A program made the position numbers and the translations under genes. The notes under the pieces are model-generated. The model worked only from the letters and a program-made list of their open reading frames with translations. It had not been told where the DNA came from and searched no databases. A stretch of 64,000 nt of DNA from Nymphaea colorata (Eukaryota), in assembly GCF_008831285.2 (NCBI RefSeq), contig NC_045138.2:37696001-37760000 (forward strand). Reading direction: 5' to 3'. The number at the start of each line of letters is the position of its first letter. The stretch's first letter is position 1. Below, in pieces: positions 15,101 through 27,724 of the stretch.

Positions 15101-17099
15101 GTATCAAGTGACTTTGGGAGAGAGATGGAAGCAGCTCAACGCAGCCCTAACTATGTCTCATTTATGAATCACATGAGAATTTACCTACCAGAGGTAAGTT
15201 GGTTTTTTGTGTTATGAATATATGATGGCAGCTCGTTAATTATTCCCTTGTTCAATGCAATATTGTAAATATCAGCTTCTATCTCATATTATACAATCAA
15301 TATGTGTCACTGAATGCATTGGCCCATATCTGGTATTTTCTATTTTTTCTATTTGAAAATTAATTAGTTAATGATTTAAAATATTTGATAAATAAAAATG
15401 TGCATTTCCAACCCTTTTATTGGTTAGCACCATATGGGTTTGCAACCAATTTCTAGCCGATTCAACAAAACTGGTTCAACCATTAAAAGTTAAAGTAGAG
15501 TTGACTGGCTCAGGTCAATTCAGTTGTTACCAAAGAATCAAATTTCGGAAAAGACTGAGGATTATCCATGGTCTTGGCAGGTGTCTAATTCTATGTAGTC
15601 CTGGCATAATAGGCTGAATTTTACATCTGAGACTTTGAATTGGGCAAGTCCACTCAATATTCATACTTTTCCTGAGCTCACCATGTCTGTGCCATGATCA
15701 TCTGTCACATCAACAAATTGTAACCACCCCTGACAGTGTTGAACCCTTTGGTCATCAGGTAGCTATATGCCATGTTTAAAACAAAAAGTTTGTATTGAAA
15801 CAATTTGCATGATGTCTACTATCATTATGGGGATGGAGTATCTAATTTTTCATGAAAAAAACAGTTGTTTCCAAAGCTCCACAAGGTTGTCTTCCTTGAT
15901 GATGATATTGTCGTTCAACATGACCTGTCACATCTTTGGGAGATAGATCTTCAAGGGAAAGTCAATGGTGCAGTTGAAACATCTAAGAAGTTTGAGGTTT
16001 ATCTGAACTTCTCAAATTCATTTGTATCAAAAAGTTTCCAGCGAGATCGGCTGGCATGGGCATATGGCATGAACATTTTTGATCTTCAAGCATGGAGAAA
16101 GACTGACATCACAGAGAGATATCATCATTGGCTTAAGCTGGTAAGCAGTCTGTTTTGCTTATTATTTCCTCCCTCCTACCTGCTCCCAAGATCAACCTCA
16201 CACTTCTTGTATATATAGTTAAACATGGGCATGTCAAGCTTGGATTTTGTGGCATTTGAAAGTTTTTATGATTTCCAATATATGTCTCTATTTGAGCAGC
16301 TTAGAGTAATCCATTTATCAAACCCTACTGGATTATCAAACTTGTCCAAGAAATTGGCGTGCTGTATTTCCTTTGTTGGCAAAGTAGCAGTAAAACTTAA
16401 AATTTGTTGCCAAAGTTAGGGCTAGGTATGATTTTTCTTATGTGAAGCATAACTCAATCTAGCAACATATTGATAAACAAAAATGAGCACAGATAGATGA
16501 CACGACTGCTTGATGAAGTTTTAATTTGCAGTGAATTGAATGATTCCAGCACCTAAGCAGTTTAATCTTTAACAATCCCACACAAAGTGCGAATATCAAT
16601 ACAAGTACCAAGCCTGCCTCTCCTCTCTCTCTCGTGTGTAGTGGTCTTGTCCTACTAATTGCATGAGAAACATTGCACCTAGTTTGGTAGCAAACTGTAG
16701 CGCAATTGAATGCACATTATCAGAAGTTCAAGCAGCCTATGTTGCATCAAGTTTGATCTTTATCCAATAAAAGTCAATTAGCTAAACTGTCAATTTTTAT
16801 CAACCTTCTTTCTGCAGAATCTGGATTCAGGTTCAACCTTGTGGCGACTAGGCACATTGCCACCAGCCCTACTTGCATTTGATGGGTACGTACATACAAT
16901 TGATTCAAAGTGGCATGTCTCTGGTCTGGGATACAGGCCTGACGTTGATCAACAAACTCTAGAAGAAGCTGCTGTTTTGCACTTCAGTGGCCCGGCGAAG
17001 CCATGGCTGCAGATTGGGTTTCCTGAGTTAAAGCCCTTATGGTCTAGGCACTTGAACTTTTCTAATGAGTTCATACGGAGTTGCGGCTTTATGGAGTGA
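7798..17099 (+). CDS. GAUT15: Galacturonosyltransferase, glycosyltransferase family 8 (GAUT12-15 clade, GAUT15-like), ~534 aa, 6 coding exons
   Basis: Exons 7798-8029, 12181-12239, 13718-13879, 14600-15193, 15865-16140 and 16818-17099 all have GT-AG boundaries and join in frame (1605 nt). The N-terminus MQLHF..RRVTIS is followed by a TM anchor and CPSLDCIG. Family motifs: LHCLSLKLADEYSSNAAAR, TDNVLAA, HIITDKKTYAPMHAWF, KVVFLDDDIVVQHDL (DxD), WAYGMNIFDL, LGTLPPAL, LHFSGPAKPWL. Alternative in-frame ATG at 7789. Confidence 0.93.
9071..9381. mobile_element. Possible degenerate foldback MITE in GAUT intron 1
   Basis: CTATAGTTAAA / TTTAACTACAG ends and ACACAAGCC / GGCTTGTGT inner inverted match; no clear TSD. 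Confidence 0.4.
12093..12129. repeat. (CT)n microsatellite
   Basis: Read directly; ~50 nt before the GAUT exon 2 acceptor. Confidence 0.95.
12724..12811. repeat. 43-bp tandem duplication in GAUT intron 2
   Basis: TGAAAGCATTACCCTGTCTGAGTTAATCCTAGTGAGGT at 12724 and 12767. Confidence 0.9.
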
Positions 17100-20000
17100 A
17101 CGTGTAAAGAATAAGGGTCACTCTATTCTTTTCTGTTCACGGAGAGTGTACAGGAGTTAGCAGAGTGAAGAAGGATAAGAATTACATTATGCCTTCAGGC
17201 TCTGCCCTCTCTCATCTCTCTAGTATATATCTGATAGTGTTTTCTTATTTATATCTGATAATATATTATGATTTTTTATTAGTTACCAAAAGGGATATTT
17301 ATATGTATGGGTGAAATAAGTGTAGAAATTTGAAGGCAAACAGATAAAATGAGAGAAAATTAGTGTACCTGTCTCTGATTTTTTGATGTGCCATTCCACT
17401 GATTACTATATATACGTTGTGGAAGTAATTGCAGGTTTACAACTTGAAGAAATGAAAATTATTTATTGAAAAGCCTGTTACTGTAAGGCTTGAATGGAGT
17501 GGCCCGATAAAGCTTATTAGGCAGATTCTTGCAGAGGTATAATGGGATATGCTCCCAAGTCAGAACCACAGCCTTTATATCAGCATGATAAAGTATATTT
17601 TGCATATTTTTGTCTCCACCTTTGTTATAATTTTTTAGTTTTCCTGTAGCAGTTCTCTTATTTCCATCTTACCAACAGAAGCCTTACCTTATAACATGTT
17701 CAAAATCCACTATTTTCTTTGAATTTGGCTAAAAAGTGTTCCCAAGTTTGTCCAATACTGGAAAAAAACTGAGCGGATCATAAAGGCCAAGCCATCCAAA
17801 GAAAAGAAAAGAACCGTTCTGCCTGTGTGAAACAATTATGTTGCCTTTTCTTGAAGCATAATTTTGGATGGAAGGGAGAAAAGTAGGATGATTAAAAAAA
17901 TAGTTACACCTCAGTTAAGGTCTCAGGATGCAGATACATGCCTGTATACGAGAGAGACTGTGGTTCCGTGGAAGCTATAGAACTTCTAAAACACGTTGGC
18001 CTTTTTCGTTGCATGTGATTTTTTGGTAGAACGGCCAGGCAAATGCAGAACCAAACTTGTTCTTTTCGAGCAAGCTTGATTGCTTAGGTAACTCGTCTGT
18101 GAAGGTGGGGAGTCTGCATTTGCCACAACATTATTACATCAACTTTTGGTAGCGTTTTCAGGTCTACAACATACAAATTATCAGGTCTTTCTGTTTGCTC
18201 TGAAGGGTTCGACTGAAAATCGAGGACCTTTTCATCTGGATTAATTAATCAAAAAGAAATATCAATGCAATCTACTGAACTTAGAGACAATATCCAATTA
18301 ATGATTAGTTGTGATCAAGCTGCTTGGAAATGGTCAATGAACCTTGCGGTGAATATTTTCTGGCACACCTTGAACTGAGTTTTATTTTGGAACGAGAAAT
18401 TACGTTGTCAATTATGACATGCTCTCTCTCTCTCCCTCTCTTTCCCCCTCTTACATTTTCTTCTCTCGAAAAGTCGGTGCATTCTAAAGTAACTAAACCA
18501 GGACGAGGTTTTGTCCCCAACTGAGAACACCAGAGTTATTGCAAAAGGTTACATATGATATCAGGCAGGAAATACAGCTTATTTCATTCAGAAAAATTGC
18601 TTAGCTTCATTATCTTCAGAAACATCATCAGGATGGGGTTTTGTCCCCAACCTGCGTCTCCTACCTTTTCAAAGAAGGTCATGCAAGACAGTTTTCAACA
18701 GACTACATATCTTTTAACACAATAGTCAAAGTGGTAACAAATTAGTGTTAGGTAGTTGTTCACATGATCTCAAAGCGTCCAATTCGACATTTAAAACAGC
18801 TCCATCTTGGAGATAAGAGGGCTTGCACTTAGAGAAGCAAAGGATCTAAAAACTACGTAATAAAGTTAATAAATAAACCTTTACTCCCTATTTGACGCCG
18901 ACAGAACTTGACACGCGTGCCAATTTGCAAAAGTCCGGATGATTACAGCGTCCGACAAAATGTTGGCAGAACATCAACCAAGTTTGCCTACCCTTACAAC
19001 GGAACAGAGCTCATCAGCATCTAAATATTCTGGGGTGTATAACAAATACATAAAGGTAAGCAATGTAATAATTTGATGGACTTTTCAAAAATCTCAACAC
19101 GGGCAGATTGCTGAAGAAGCACTTTGATACACATGGATCTTTAGATTGCAACTACATGCAAAAGCATATGATAAGAACCGTGGCGTGTGGAAAGGTTAGT
19201 GCTCGAGAACAGCAAAGGACCAAAGGTATATATGGATGTCAAGTGTGCTGTTAGCCAGAGGTGTACTACATACATAGCGTACACTTTGGAATTGTCTACT
19301 TTATATGTTCTCTCCGTGGAGTTATTTATCAGTAGCAAAGTATATGACGTGTGTGGTGCCTCAGACTCTGAATCCTCAGTGAGTATAAACACAATACCAT
19401 CTACGTTGACAACTGGCACAAGAGGGGCCTAATTGTTGGTTCAGAAAAAGGGGATATTCTTCATCAAATGAAAAACAGGAAACAAACATGAGACAAAACT
19501 GCTTGAGGACAAAAAGCCAACAGACATGCAGAAACCAAGTCCTAGCATGATGCCACCATTATACCCAAACAAGAAGATCCTCTCAATTCTCAGACAGAAA
19601 AAAAAAAGGAGACGACTACCTATACAGAAACTTGGCACACCATAGAGACCTAATTGAAGCAAAGACAGAACAGCTTCCATCAACCTGATAAGTGGACCTG
19701 ATTAAAGAGCAACTGCAAGAAAGCAGCATGAAGATGCCCAACCAAGCCTAAGCATGACATACCATTCTGATTTTTATTTTGACAAGGTTTTATGATTTTT
19801 AGTGAAGAAATATTTTGAAACCTGTCCTTTTGAAGCAAAAGATCCTACATAAGATACCCACAGGTGCTAAAGGAAAATCAAACCTAAAGGTTGTCATTTT
19901 AAGAGATTTTAGAATATTATGTGGGCATTCATGACGAAAATACAGAAAATGACAAGAATTGAACAAAAAGGCTTAGACAATTAAAAGGAAATTGAAGTTT

Positions 20001-20758
20001 TGTTTCTGTGCCACTTTGTATTCTTTCAATGAGAGACATGCTTACATACTTGCATATGTACACAAAGAACATTTCACAATAAGACTTAGATGTGGATATG
20101 AAAGTTTGAAAAACTAAAATGCAGTGGATGAAGTGTCAGCAATAGATAATCTATTGATGTCACATTTAGCAGCATATTTGTATTGTCAAACTCTTATAGC
20201 TAGAAATATATTCCCAAGGCAGAAAACCAAAATCGCTATTGTTGATGTGCATAAAGGGAGCTTGATAAGACAAATGAAGCAATGTGGAAGGCACTACCAT
20301 CTTTCCATTTTATACAATAGTTAACATCTTTCTTGAGTTGAATGCATAAATCATTTGTTTCCAAAACAAAAATTAAAAAAAAAAGAAAAAGCCAAATTAA
20401 CCATTGTGGAGTGGAAGACATCAAATGCAATTTCAACAGTAGTAACTCTCTGAGTACAACAATGAATCAACAGAATGATCTGGACAGAAAGTAACACCTT
20501 ATGAAACAAGAAATCAGATCCTATACCAGAGAGAGGAAGAGATATGCCCCTCAGTGGTACACTAAACAAGTAGACAGTACCGAATCAAAATAACGAAATA
20601 GGTAAACCTAGTGGCTAAATTCAATTTATTTTTTAATAGGACAATATGCAGTAATAAAAAATAATAAGGGTATCAAGGCCGACTGGGTTCCAATGCAGAC
20701 CCTAATAGCTCCTGTGCCTATAAACATTAGTTAGTCTAATTATAAGTCTCATAAATTG

Positions 20759-22931
20759 CTAAACACCATTATCAATCTTCGTGTTTGGTTCAAATACATA
20801 TTTGAGCAGTGAGTCCTTGATTGGGAGGATCTCTGGAAATTCCTTCCTCAACTTGGTAGCATCCAGCTCATTGTTGCTTCGTGGTGCAACTATGACCTTG
20901 GCTTGTTCTTCAAGGGTGAAGTTTGCCCATTTGAAGGCCGGATCAATATGCTGCTTGTACATTTCCAGGATTTCATTATGGCTCACCACCCCTGGATTTG
21001 TGAAGTTCCATATGCCTCTCAGATTTCTTTTTGCCATCTCGATTGATATAGGCAGAAGTTCATCCAAGATTGTCATGCTGTTAGGTATGTTAACCACTTT
21101 GTTGTAACGGGTGATTTTAGTAATGAAGTTACGAGGGTTGCTAAGATCAGATGATATTGGCATTCGGACTCTGAGGGTACAGACATTCTCATATTCACTC
21201 AAAAGCTCTTCCACCTGCATTTCGATGCAAAAAAGAAAGAACCTCAGATATATAGGTTGTTCAAATTTGAATGTAAAAGATCAACAAATAAAGTCATAGA
21301 AAGTATTTTAGACTCCATCACTAAATTACCATTGCTTTGGTTTTTGAATAGAAAGATCCAGTGAAATTTGGCTTGTCATCTTCCCTGAATCCAATGCCTG
21401 ATCGTTCTGGGTGTTCAGCATCATACTCAAATATGCATCCAGTAGCAAAATTCATCATCAGTAGCCCATGCTCTTTGCACACGTCTGCCAAGGTAAGAGT
21501 TCCTACAACATTGGTGCGGATGGTCTCTGTCTTGTGTGTTTCACACCAGTCAACATTTGGCCTACCTGTAACTCCAGCTGCATTAAAAACATGGGTTGGT
21601 TTCACTCTGACAATATCTGCCATGAGTTGTGATCTGTTCTCCAATCTTCCGCTCCCATATTCAAATGGTATTCCCTGTTTCTCACATATTTTGCCAAGGA
21701 GCCCTCCTATCCAACCTGTGCGGCCGTAGATCAAGAACTTTAACGGCACTTTCTGAGGTACACTGCCATTATTTAAAAGAGGAATGCGCCTACTGTTGTG
21801 GACAGAACTATTTGAAACATGAGAGCCCCTAGCAGTGTAATCTTCAGGCCTGTCATATTGTCTATCAGTTCCTGGCATCATCAGCATTCGTGGGTGAGGA
21901 ACCAATGCACCTGATACATCACCCCACCAATCCGGGTGGCTAGTATACCACTCAATTGTCTTCCTCAACCCCTCTTCCCATGAGGTTCGTTCTGACCAAC
22001 CCAAGTTTTTTAATTTTTGATCATCCAGAAAGTACCTCTGATCATTAAACGGTCTGTTCTCCACAAAACGAATAGCTTTATCTTGGTCCAACGAGAAAAG
22101 CCTGCAGATATCATTTGCAACATCAAGTACTCTCCTTTCTTTCTTTGTTCCAATGTTGTACACATGGCCAACTTCCCCTCTATGGAGAATCACTTCAAAA
22201 GCTTCTGCTACATCCTCACAATAAAGGTAACTTCGGACGTTTGAGCCATCACCATGAATAGGAAGAATTTTCTTTGCCATTGCCAAAAGAATGAACTTTG
22301 GAATAAGCTTTTCTGGAAATTGATTAGGACCATAAACATTATTTCCCCTTGTGGTTATAACAGGCAGACCATAAGATCTACCATATGCCATGACAAGCAT
22401 TTCAGCCCCTGCCTTAGTTGCAGAATAAGGATTTGTTGGAAGAAGCTGAGAAGCCTCATGGTTTCCAACAACAGCATCTTCATCAGTTTCACCATAAACT
22501 TCATCAGTGCTAACGTGGATGAACCTCCTTATTTGGCCAGTCACTTTACAAGCTTCTAAAAGGACATGAGTTCCATATATATTGTTTTTCGTGAACTCAA
22601 AGCTATTACCAAATGAATTATCAACATGGGTTTGTGCAGCAAAGTGCATTATGGTGTCAATTCCCTCAGTGATCAGAAGGAAGTTTACAAGATCAGCACT
22701 ACCAATGTCTCCTTTAACAAACTTGAAGTTGGGAGAGGATCTTGATGGGTTGAGATTCTTGAGGTTGGAACAGTAATCAAGTTTATCAAGGACCACAATT
22801 TTATACTGAGGGTAGTTCCTGATGAGTCGGTTGCAAACATGAGATGCAATAAAACCTGCAGCCCCTGTTATAAGAATGTTCTTAGGAGTGTACATGTCTG
22901 TATGTGCACATTGCTGATTGATGGTTGACAT
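20759..22931 (-). CDS. RHM: Trifunctional UDP-glucose 4,6-dehydratase / UDP-4-keto-6-deoxyglucose 3,5-epimerase / 4-reductase (UDP-L-rhamnose synthase), ~685 aa, 2 coding exons
   Basis: Exons 22931-21330 and 21214-20759 (phase-0 GT-AG intron). Two SDR domains: GAAGFIA...YSATK and GRTGWIG...YSKTK; C-terminal LRVRMPISSDLSNPRNFITKI. A 5'-UTR intron acceptor lies at 22944-22945. Alternative start at 22895 (MYTPKNIL). Confidence 0.96.
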
Positions 22932-25426
22932 ATCTTGCTTTTTCTGCATAGATTTAGAAGAAATAGAAGTTTCAGAGTTCTGTAAGACAGATAATGACAG
23001 TACCACTAAAAAGCCACTAGCTGAACGTATACATCTTACACAGTATAAAGTATAAACGAAGATCCAGAAACAGAACGAATAATGGAAAACATTGTGAAAT
23101 TTAAATGAAGAATCACATGTTCAGCAGCACCTAGAAACCTAAAAAAGCAGCAAACTAAAGATATTCACTCCTTTAAATGAACGTTATCCATGAAGCTACA
23201 ATTGATTATTGCAAGAAAAATCAGAAAGAAAAAACTGCCTAATTGAGCGCATTTGGGGTCTTAATCTGAAAGATAGATAAAGAGGAAACTACTGATTCCG
23301 TTTCCAATTGGAACAAATGCAAGAGCTACACAAACTAAAAGAGGTTCAAAGATTTATAAGCTAAAAGAGAACATGAGTGATATGGGCATGGGGCACAAAA
23401 GAATTGCAAAATCCACCAAAATTTGGAAGCAAAAATTTCAAATTAAGAGGATCGCAGAATGAGCGAGTGTTTTTCCATTTTAGCTAGTGATTCCATTTGA
23501 CTAGGGATAAATAGCATGCATAGCATAAAAACTATGCTATAAAGCAAACGAAGGAAAAGGCCAAGAAATTAAAAAAGAAAAAAAAAAAGATAGGACTCGA
23601 AAACAGCAAACTGATCCGGGAGACGCAAATGAAGAACACAACGTAAGGCTAAGGAATCGCAAGGATCCAAGATCACAAATGTAACTAAAACGGACATTTT
23701 GGAAATGAATTTTAACCGAATCAAGAACCAGAAAATGCAAAACTGGAGTTCACCATCTCCAACTTCCTAATTGCATTATCACTCAACAGCCGCTGAAATA
23801 TCTTGCAGCAATTGGGCATACAAGATTTGGTTCGAGCACGTCAGATCTGGTAACAGTCATTCGCACCGTCCAATGAATAACAAGGAATTGCATTGTGTCC
23901 ACAAAAAAAGTACCTAAAAATCAGACCAATCGGAAAAGAAAAAGAAAGCACTCCATATCGGATCTGCTCATAGATCAAACCCAGACGAAACCAATATTGT
24001 TTTTACTAGCGTTACATTTAGAAAGAAAAGGAAAAGAATCCAACAATGGTGGCAGCCGCGAGACAAACAGATTATAGTTTCTGGAGAGAAATAAAGATTT
24101 TCTAATGTGGTTTTTGAAGGTCTGATTGGAAGAGAGAATCCATGAAAGGGAGTGAAAGAAACAAATCCTAGATCAAGAACCATCATGCAAAAGCAAAACA
24201 TGTCATTCACCAAGATGAGATGCATCAAACTCACTGTAATGAGATCCAAGGGGCGCCGAGAGAGAATGAGGTTGGCGCCAATAGAGGGTCTAAAGCGTGG
24301 ATCAATGGGTACTGGATCCGACGGTAGAGAGAGAGAGAGAGAGAGGCAGTTAGCTAGTGAGGGAACTAGCGGATATGATTGTTGCACAACCTGACCATGA
24401 ATTTCCTAAATAGCAGGCAGGGTCTGAGAGAGAGACAGTGAGAGAGAGGTGCAAAGTTTAATGCACCCTTTCCTGGCAGGTTTGCTTTTAATTGGTAACA
24501 GCTCATAGAAAAGGAAACATACTCTTGAGAATTATGTTTCAAAAAGTTTACTATATATCAGTTAAATATCGATAATATTGGTATAGATTAAGGCATTTGA
24601 TTTCCTTTTGCTTTACTGTTTAAGATAATTTATTAGTAGGTTACAATAAAATAATAGCTAGTAAATAATGAAATTCATAAATCTCCCAATTACCGTAGTT
24701 TAACATCATACGGTATAATTGCTAGCAAACAATAAAAGAGGAAGATTAATTCTCTTAAATAGCATAGGTGGCATTAAATGGGCCATCCTTTTCACTGTTC
24801 CACCATGTCCCTATAACAGTCATCGTCGTCACCCCAAAAGCAATTTCTTGTTTGCTTCTTATAAATTTCAACATTTAACGAAAACTCACCGATTATTGTC
24901 ATTGTTTATCTCCCATAAGAAGTGTGTGATGCACCGATCAAAACTACGTGAAACCCAAGTTGCTGTCATGCGTTTTGAGGCGGTAACCTGCACCGGACCT
25001 AACCATGTCTGTACATGCATGTCTGGAAAGTCGGCCGGAAAATGCAACCCAGGTTTTCTAATTCTTATATCATTAGAAGTAGAAGGCTTTGGCAACTACC
25101 CAAAGGTGAAACATGTAAGAAAAAGGGAAATGGGAAATCCTGTGGAGGATTTATGTTACTTTCTTAGTCTGCTTTCAGAATTGAAGGATGTGAAAGAGAC
25201 CTCTGCTTTTGGTCAGCTCCAACTACCAAAAAAAAAAAAGTGATCGGAACTATGTAGTAACATTTTCTTCTTCTCATTTTTCTGATGAATTACTGATCTT
25301 CTAGTTGATTCGAACGTGAAATGTTTGAACTGGAAGATAGAGAAAGCATTGGTGAGAACAGCTTCAAAAGGCAGGTGCAACCTTTGCTCAAACATGATGT
25401 TTTCATGGCCACTTCCAAATCAAAGC

Positions 25427-25448
25427 ATATATATATATATATATATAT

Positions 25449-25500
<52 letters not shown>
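25427..25500. repeat. Compound microsatellite (AT)n(AG)n
   Basis: Read directly from the sequence. Confidence 0.95.
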
Positions 25501-25505
<5 letters not shown>

Positions 25506-25962
25506 GTTCAGCTGTCCAAGTTCTTACATCTCAAATTTGGCTCATGTTCGAAGTAGCCGAACAGTCCCTTAAGTGCTCCTTGGATGCAAGGTAAAAAAGT
25601 ACTTTAGAAAAATTTTATGTCCAAACATACAGTGAAAAGAAAAGTTGTTTTTAATTGAGGTTTTATATAGTTGGGCTAAGCTCAATTTTATATAGTTGAG
25701 TTCCATCATATATTTCAAAACGTGATCCAAAAAATCATGCTAAACTCAAGTTTAACACATAAAGACAACAAATGAGGTTCAAAAAGGAACTCCATGAATC
25801 TGCAAAGCTCAAGATTGTGCCACAGTAAAATTGCTGTACTAGCTATAAATAGTTGGGTAAAAAGGGCGAAGTGAAGACATGAAAGTTACTTTCTTCAATA
25901 AATGGCTCGATCATTCAATACATGATTGAGATCCATGTTCTCCTGGCGTTTGATGGGATCCC

Positions 25963-26200
25963 ATGCATGTGAGTGACACTTCATCCCCCTTCAATGACCT
26001 GATAGCAATGCACCTATCTGTCTGTTTTAAAGAAGATTCGATTGTGAATACTCAAAAAATGTTATTATAGATGCATGTGGGTGACACCTTCATCCCATTC
26101 AATGACCTCATAGCAATGCATGTATGGGTTTCCATTGAATAGAATGGATTGAAAAGGTTCGACTGATTTGTTTGTGAATGCCCAAAAAATGTTATTATAG
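25963..26200. repeat. Tandem duplication, ~108/130-bp units
   Basis: ATGCATGTG.GTGACAC..TTCAATGACCT.ATAGCAATGCA...TTGTGAAT..CAAAAAATGTTATTATAG occurs twice. Confidence 0.8.
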
Positions 26201-26413
26201 TTTGAGTGAGCCAGATAATTAAGACCCACTACCCAAAAGCAGCTTATTCCCTATGGTTTCTGTCAAAAGTTTATAAGTTGATCTGCTAAGTCCTAAAGCA
26301 TTATTTAATTGTAATTAGCGACAGGCACCATCATACGAAAATTTCATGTTTGACAAGTTATGGCAAATGATTCAGATTGTAGGCCATGTCGAATTAAATA
26401 TACCTAATAAATA

Positions 26414-26599
26414 GAGGGGCGAAGTCAGAATTTTTTTTATGATGGGGTCGAATTAAAGTTTCTAAATTTTGACAGGTGCCCAAATATCATTTTTAAAAAA
26501 TTTTATATAAAACAAGTAAAATTTTTTAAAAAAATTAAATGTACATTTTTTTTTTAGAAAGGGCCAGAGCCCCTACTTGCCCCCCTTGCTTCGTCCCTG
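26414..26599. mobile_element. hAT-type MITE, 186 bp
   Basis: TIRs GAGGGGCGAAG / CTTCGTCCCTG; perfect 8-bp TSD AATAAATA (26406-26413, 26600-26607). Confidence 0.85.
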
Positions 26600-27000
26600 A
26601 ATAAATATATACAAGGAAAGCTTGACACTTGACCCACACCCAAGGCCTTGGTCTCGAATATGTGTTTTCATTAACTTTCTTACATAAAAAATGAAATGGT
26701 TCTAGAAGGCCAACCGATTTATATGTCCTTCAAGCCATCTCACTTTTTAAAATTGAGTTGAAAAGAAAAAGTAAAGATATAAGTAAATCGCTTTGATTAG
26801 ACTATTAAAAAATAAAGCAAACCATTAGACGCACAAAAGATTTTGCCTATGGTTTTCTTGTTTATTTTAAACAAGTATAGTTATTAGTCATCTATCACCG
26901 ACAGTCATCCCGTGTACATATAGTTCTTGTATCCGTTGCTCCTCCACCAGCCATTCATTAAATATGTGGTATTTGATTACGTTTAGTTAATTACTCTTAA

Positions 27001-27357
27001 AGGGTACTTGAATGCTCCATAATACAAAAACCCCTAACATGTCCCAAGGCGGGTTGTTCTGGGCCACACGTTCCACCAACTCACATAAGGGTACTTGAAT
27101 GCCCCATAATATAAAATCGAGCATGTCCCAAGACGAGTTGTTCTGTGCCACACGTTCCACCAACTCACATGAAGGGTACTTGAATGCCCCATAATACAAA
27201 ATCGAGCATGTCCCAAGACGAGAGTTGTTCTGTGCCACACGTCCCACCAGCTCACATAAAGGTACCCGAATGCCCCATAATATAAAACCGAACATGTCCC
27301 AAGACGGATTGTTCCCCCAACTCATATATTCTGTGCCATACGTTCCACCAACTCACG
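27001..27357. repeat. Minisatellite, 4 copies of an ~86-bp unit
   Basis: AGGGTACTTGAATGCCCCATAATA...CATGTCCCAAG...GTTCCACCAACTCACAT units start at 27001, 27088, 27173 and ~27259. Confidence 0.92.
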
Positions 27358-27458
27358 TGTTTGGCGTGTTTTGCTGGCTGAGGGAACTTTTTTTTTGTAG
27401 CATGTCATCTTTTGCTTATTTGTTATTGCCTGCCAGATCCGCCGTTTGGAGGACCTTT

Positions 27459-27724
27459 TATGGGTGGGTACCGGGTCGAGTTGCCAGCGGGTACCCCGTT
27501 AGATCCGGGCACGGGTTTGGGCTTGAAAAATCTGACATCGTTGGTTTAATTGGAGCTCGATCCGACCTCATAACATTTAAAAAATAATTTTTTATTATTA
27601 ATAGTATGTATTTTATTATTAAAAATATATTTTATATTCAAAAATATTTTATATTTAAAAAAAAAAATTTGGCTGAGCCCAAACCCGAGTTTCAGACTTC
27701 GAGCTGGCCTGATGCCCACCCTTG
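27459..27724. mobile_element. hAT-type MITE, 266 bp
   Basis: TIRs TATGGGTGGGTACCGGGTC / GGCCTGATGCCCACCCTTG; 8-bp TSD GGACCTTT/GGACCTTC (27451-27458, 27725-27732); AT-rich core. Confidence 0.8.

Noticed and set aside
24719..25572. 174-aa and 83-aa ORFs upstream of RHM
   Set aside because: No domain similarity; one begins at a TTG and the other runs through microsatellites. This is probably promoter sequence.
26987..27357. Repeat array as a CRISPR, or its 112-aa ORF as a gene
   Set aside because: Whole units repeat with no unique spacers, there are no cas genes, and the context is eukaryotic; the ORFs are by-products of the repeat.
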